This document shows, one piece after another, positions 62,342-64,000 of a DNA stretch of 64,000 bases; the stretch's first letter is position 1; the number at the start of each line of letters is the position of its first letter. Below the pieces are notes generated by a model. The model was given only the letters and a program-made list of their open reading frames with translations. It was not told the DNA's origin and did no database searches. Made by a program: the position numbers and the translations under genes. Origin of the DNA: Squalus acanthias (lineage: Eukaryota); assembly GCA_030390025.1 (NCBI GenBank), contig JASTWF010000350.1:1-64000 (forward strand). The letters run 5' to 3'.

Positions 62342-62984
62342 GCATAAATAGAGGCATAGAGTACAAAAGCGTTGAAGTTATGATGAAGCTTTATAAAACA
62401 CTGGTTCGGCCTCAACTGGAGTATTGTGTCCAATTCTGGGCACCGCACATTAGGAAGGATGTCAAGGCCTTAGAGAGGGTGCAGAAAAGATTTACAAGAA
62501 TGATTCTAGAGATGAGGGACTTCAGTTATGTGGATAGACTGGAGAAGCTGGGGTTGTTCTCCTTAGAGCAGAGGAGATTGAGAGGAGATTTGATAGAGGT
62601 ATTCAAAATCATGAGGGGTCTGGACAGAGTAGAGAGAGCGAAACTGTTCCCATTGGCGGTAGGGTCGAGAACCAGAGGACACAGATTTAAGGTGATTGGC
62701 AGAAGAACCAAAGGCGTCATAAGAAAAAACTTTTTTACGCAGCGCGTGGTTAGGATCTGGAATGCACTGCCTGAAAGGGTGGTGGAGGCAGACTCAATTG
62801 TGGCTTTCAAAAGGGAATTGGATAAGTACCTGAAGGAAAAAAATTTGCAGGGCTCTGGGGAAAGGGCGGGGGAGTGGGACTAGCTGTGGTGCTCTTGCAG
62901 AGAGCCGGCATGGGCTCGACGGGCCGAATGGCCTCCTTCTGTGCTGTAACCATTCTATGATTCTATGATTCTCCTTTGTCCCTC

Positions 62985-63500
62985 ATGTACTAATCTAGCT
63001 CCCCTTTAACTGCATCAATGCTTTCACCTCCACTACTCCATGTGGTAGGGAGTTCCACATTCTCACCACTCTCTGAGTAAAGAAAATTCTCCTGAGTCCC
63101 GAATTGGATTTATTAGTGACTATCTTATATTTATGAGCCTTAGATTTGGACTCCCCACAAGTGGAAACATCTTCTCTACATCTCCCCTATCAATCCCTTT
63201 CATCATTTTAAAGATCTTTATCAGGTCACCCCTCAGCCTTCTCTTTTCTAGAGAAAAGAAACACAACCTGTTCATCCTTTCCTGATAGCTATAACCTCTC
63301 AGTTGTGGAATCATCCTTGTGAATTTTTTTTGCACCCTCTCCAGTGCGCCTTTCTCCTTTTTATAATATGCAGACCAGAAATGTTCACAGTACTCCAAGT
63401 GTGGTGTAACCAAGGTTCTACACAAGATTAACATGACATCTCTTGTTTTTCAATACTATCCCTCCAGAAAAGAACCCCAGTGCTTTGTTAGCTTTTTTAA
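62985..63500 (-). mobile_element. CR1 3' fragment (older subfamily)
   Basis: LVTPHLEYCEHFWS..LERVQKKFTRMIP..LEKRRLRGDLI. Confidence 0.85.
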
Positions 63501-63585
63501 TGAATATCTGAGAGGTTTGTGAGGCAGGTTGTTCTCTGCTTTTAAACAGCAGCTGAGAGCTCGCACAAGACAACTTTAATACCGG

Positions 63586-63687
63586 AAATAAAAACAGAAA
63601 ATGCTGGAAATACTCAGCAGGTCAGGCAGCATCTGTAGAGAGAGAAACAGAGTTCACGTTTCAGGTCGATGACCCTTCGTCAGAACC
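63586..63687 (-). mobile_element. Terminal fragment of a second PLE family with a hammerhead-like motif (63652-63686)
   Basis: guu CUGACGA a GGGUC auc GACCU GAAA CG UG aac; a related degenerate piece lies at 7795-7843. Confidence 0.6.
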
Positions 63688-63691
63688 AGAA

Positions 63692-63900
63692 GTGTCAGCT
63701 ATAGCTCAGTCAGTAGCACTCTTGTTTCTGAGTCAGAAGATTAGCCGGTCATTATCTCAATGCTGTTTGTGGGATCTTGCTGTGCGCAAATTTGCTGCGG
63801 TGTTTCGTACATTACAACAGTGACTACACTTCACAAGTGCTTCATTGGCTGTAAAATGTTTGGGACGCCCTGACATTATGAAAGGTGCTATATAAATGCT
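63692..63900 (+). mobile_element. DeuSINE with internal deletion
   Basis: Head 63692-63740 joined directly to the 3' region. Confidence 0.78.
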
Positions 63901-64000
63901 GTCAGCGGTTCAGCCAATAAGATCCGCGTAAAGAACAGGAGGCCCCAAAAACCCCTCCCCCACCCCGCCACTCCAGCTCTTACACTGCACCTGAAATCAC

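Larger units (their letters stand above)
59635..62342 (-). mobile_element. Penelope-like retroelement (probably Neptune clade), 5'-truncated
   Basis: 11-bp TSD cataaatagag at 59624-59634 and 62343-62353; long intact ORF plus 3' pLTR region. Confidence 0.95.
54869..62971 (+). mobile_element. Host CR1 LINE (54869-56549, 58124-59634, 62343-62971) carrying nested CR1, MITE and PLE
   Basis: ORF1 54870-55734 (CRRC, GDSIVR, IGTND, DGLHL); APE and RT pieces rejoin across the insertions (EKDREQ|SRVKILNW; ILGFINR|GIEYKS). Confidence 0.9.

Noticed and set aside
60162..62448. Many overlapping and antisense ORFs over the PLE and CR1 copies
   Set aside because: Shadow frames of retroelement coding sequence

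Overview
Eukaryotic, almost entirely repetitive DNA with no recognisable host protein-coding gene, rRNA, true tRNA or CRISPR. The SINE/LINE set (HE1-like V-SINE, DeuSINE, esterase-ORF1 CR1 LINEs) points to a cartilaginous fish (inference). The window holds about 10 large CR1 copies, several of them nested and all with a disrupted or truncated ORF2. It also holds L2 and Vingi-like fragments, at least five PIF/Harbinger-type TIR elements with 3-bp TSDs, a dispersed 67-bp satellite, a 17-bp minisatellite and GATA/CA microsatellites. The most notable system is a Penelope-like element (PLE, probably Neptune type). One young copy has an uninterrupted RT + Cys-linker + GIY-YIG ORF (60053-62342, minus strand). 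Three short copies are fold-back palindromes of the element's 3' end flanked by clean 12-14 bp TSDs, and there is one solo 3' fragment. All 8 copies of this 3' end carry a minimal type I hammerhead ribozyme motif with visible compensatory changes. The motif lies inside a candidate GT-AG intron whose donor sits near the 5' breakpoints. A hammerhead motif of a second PLE family occurs near 63.67 kb. Coordinates were read by eye; repeat family names are from recognition, not database search.
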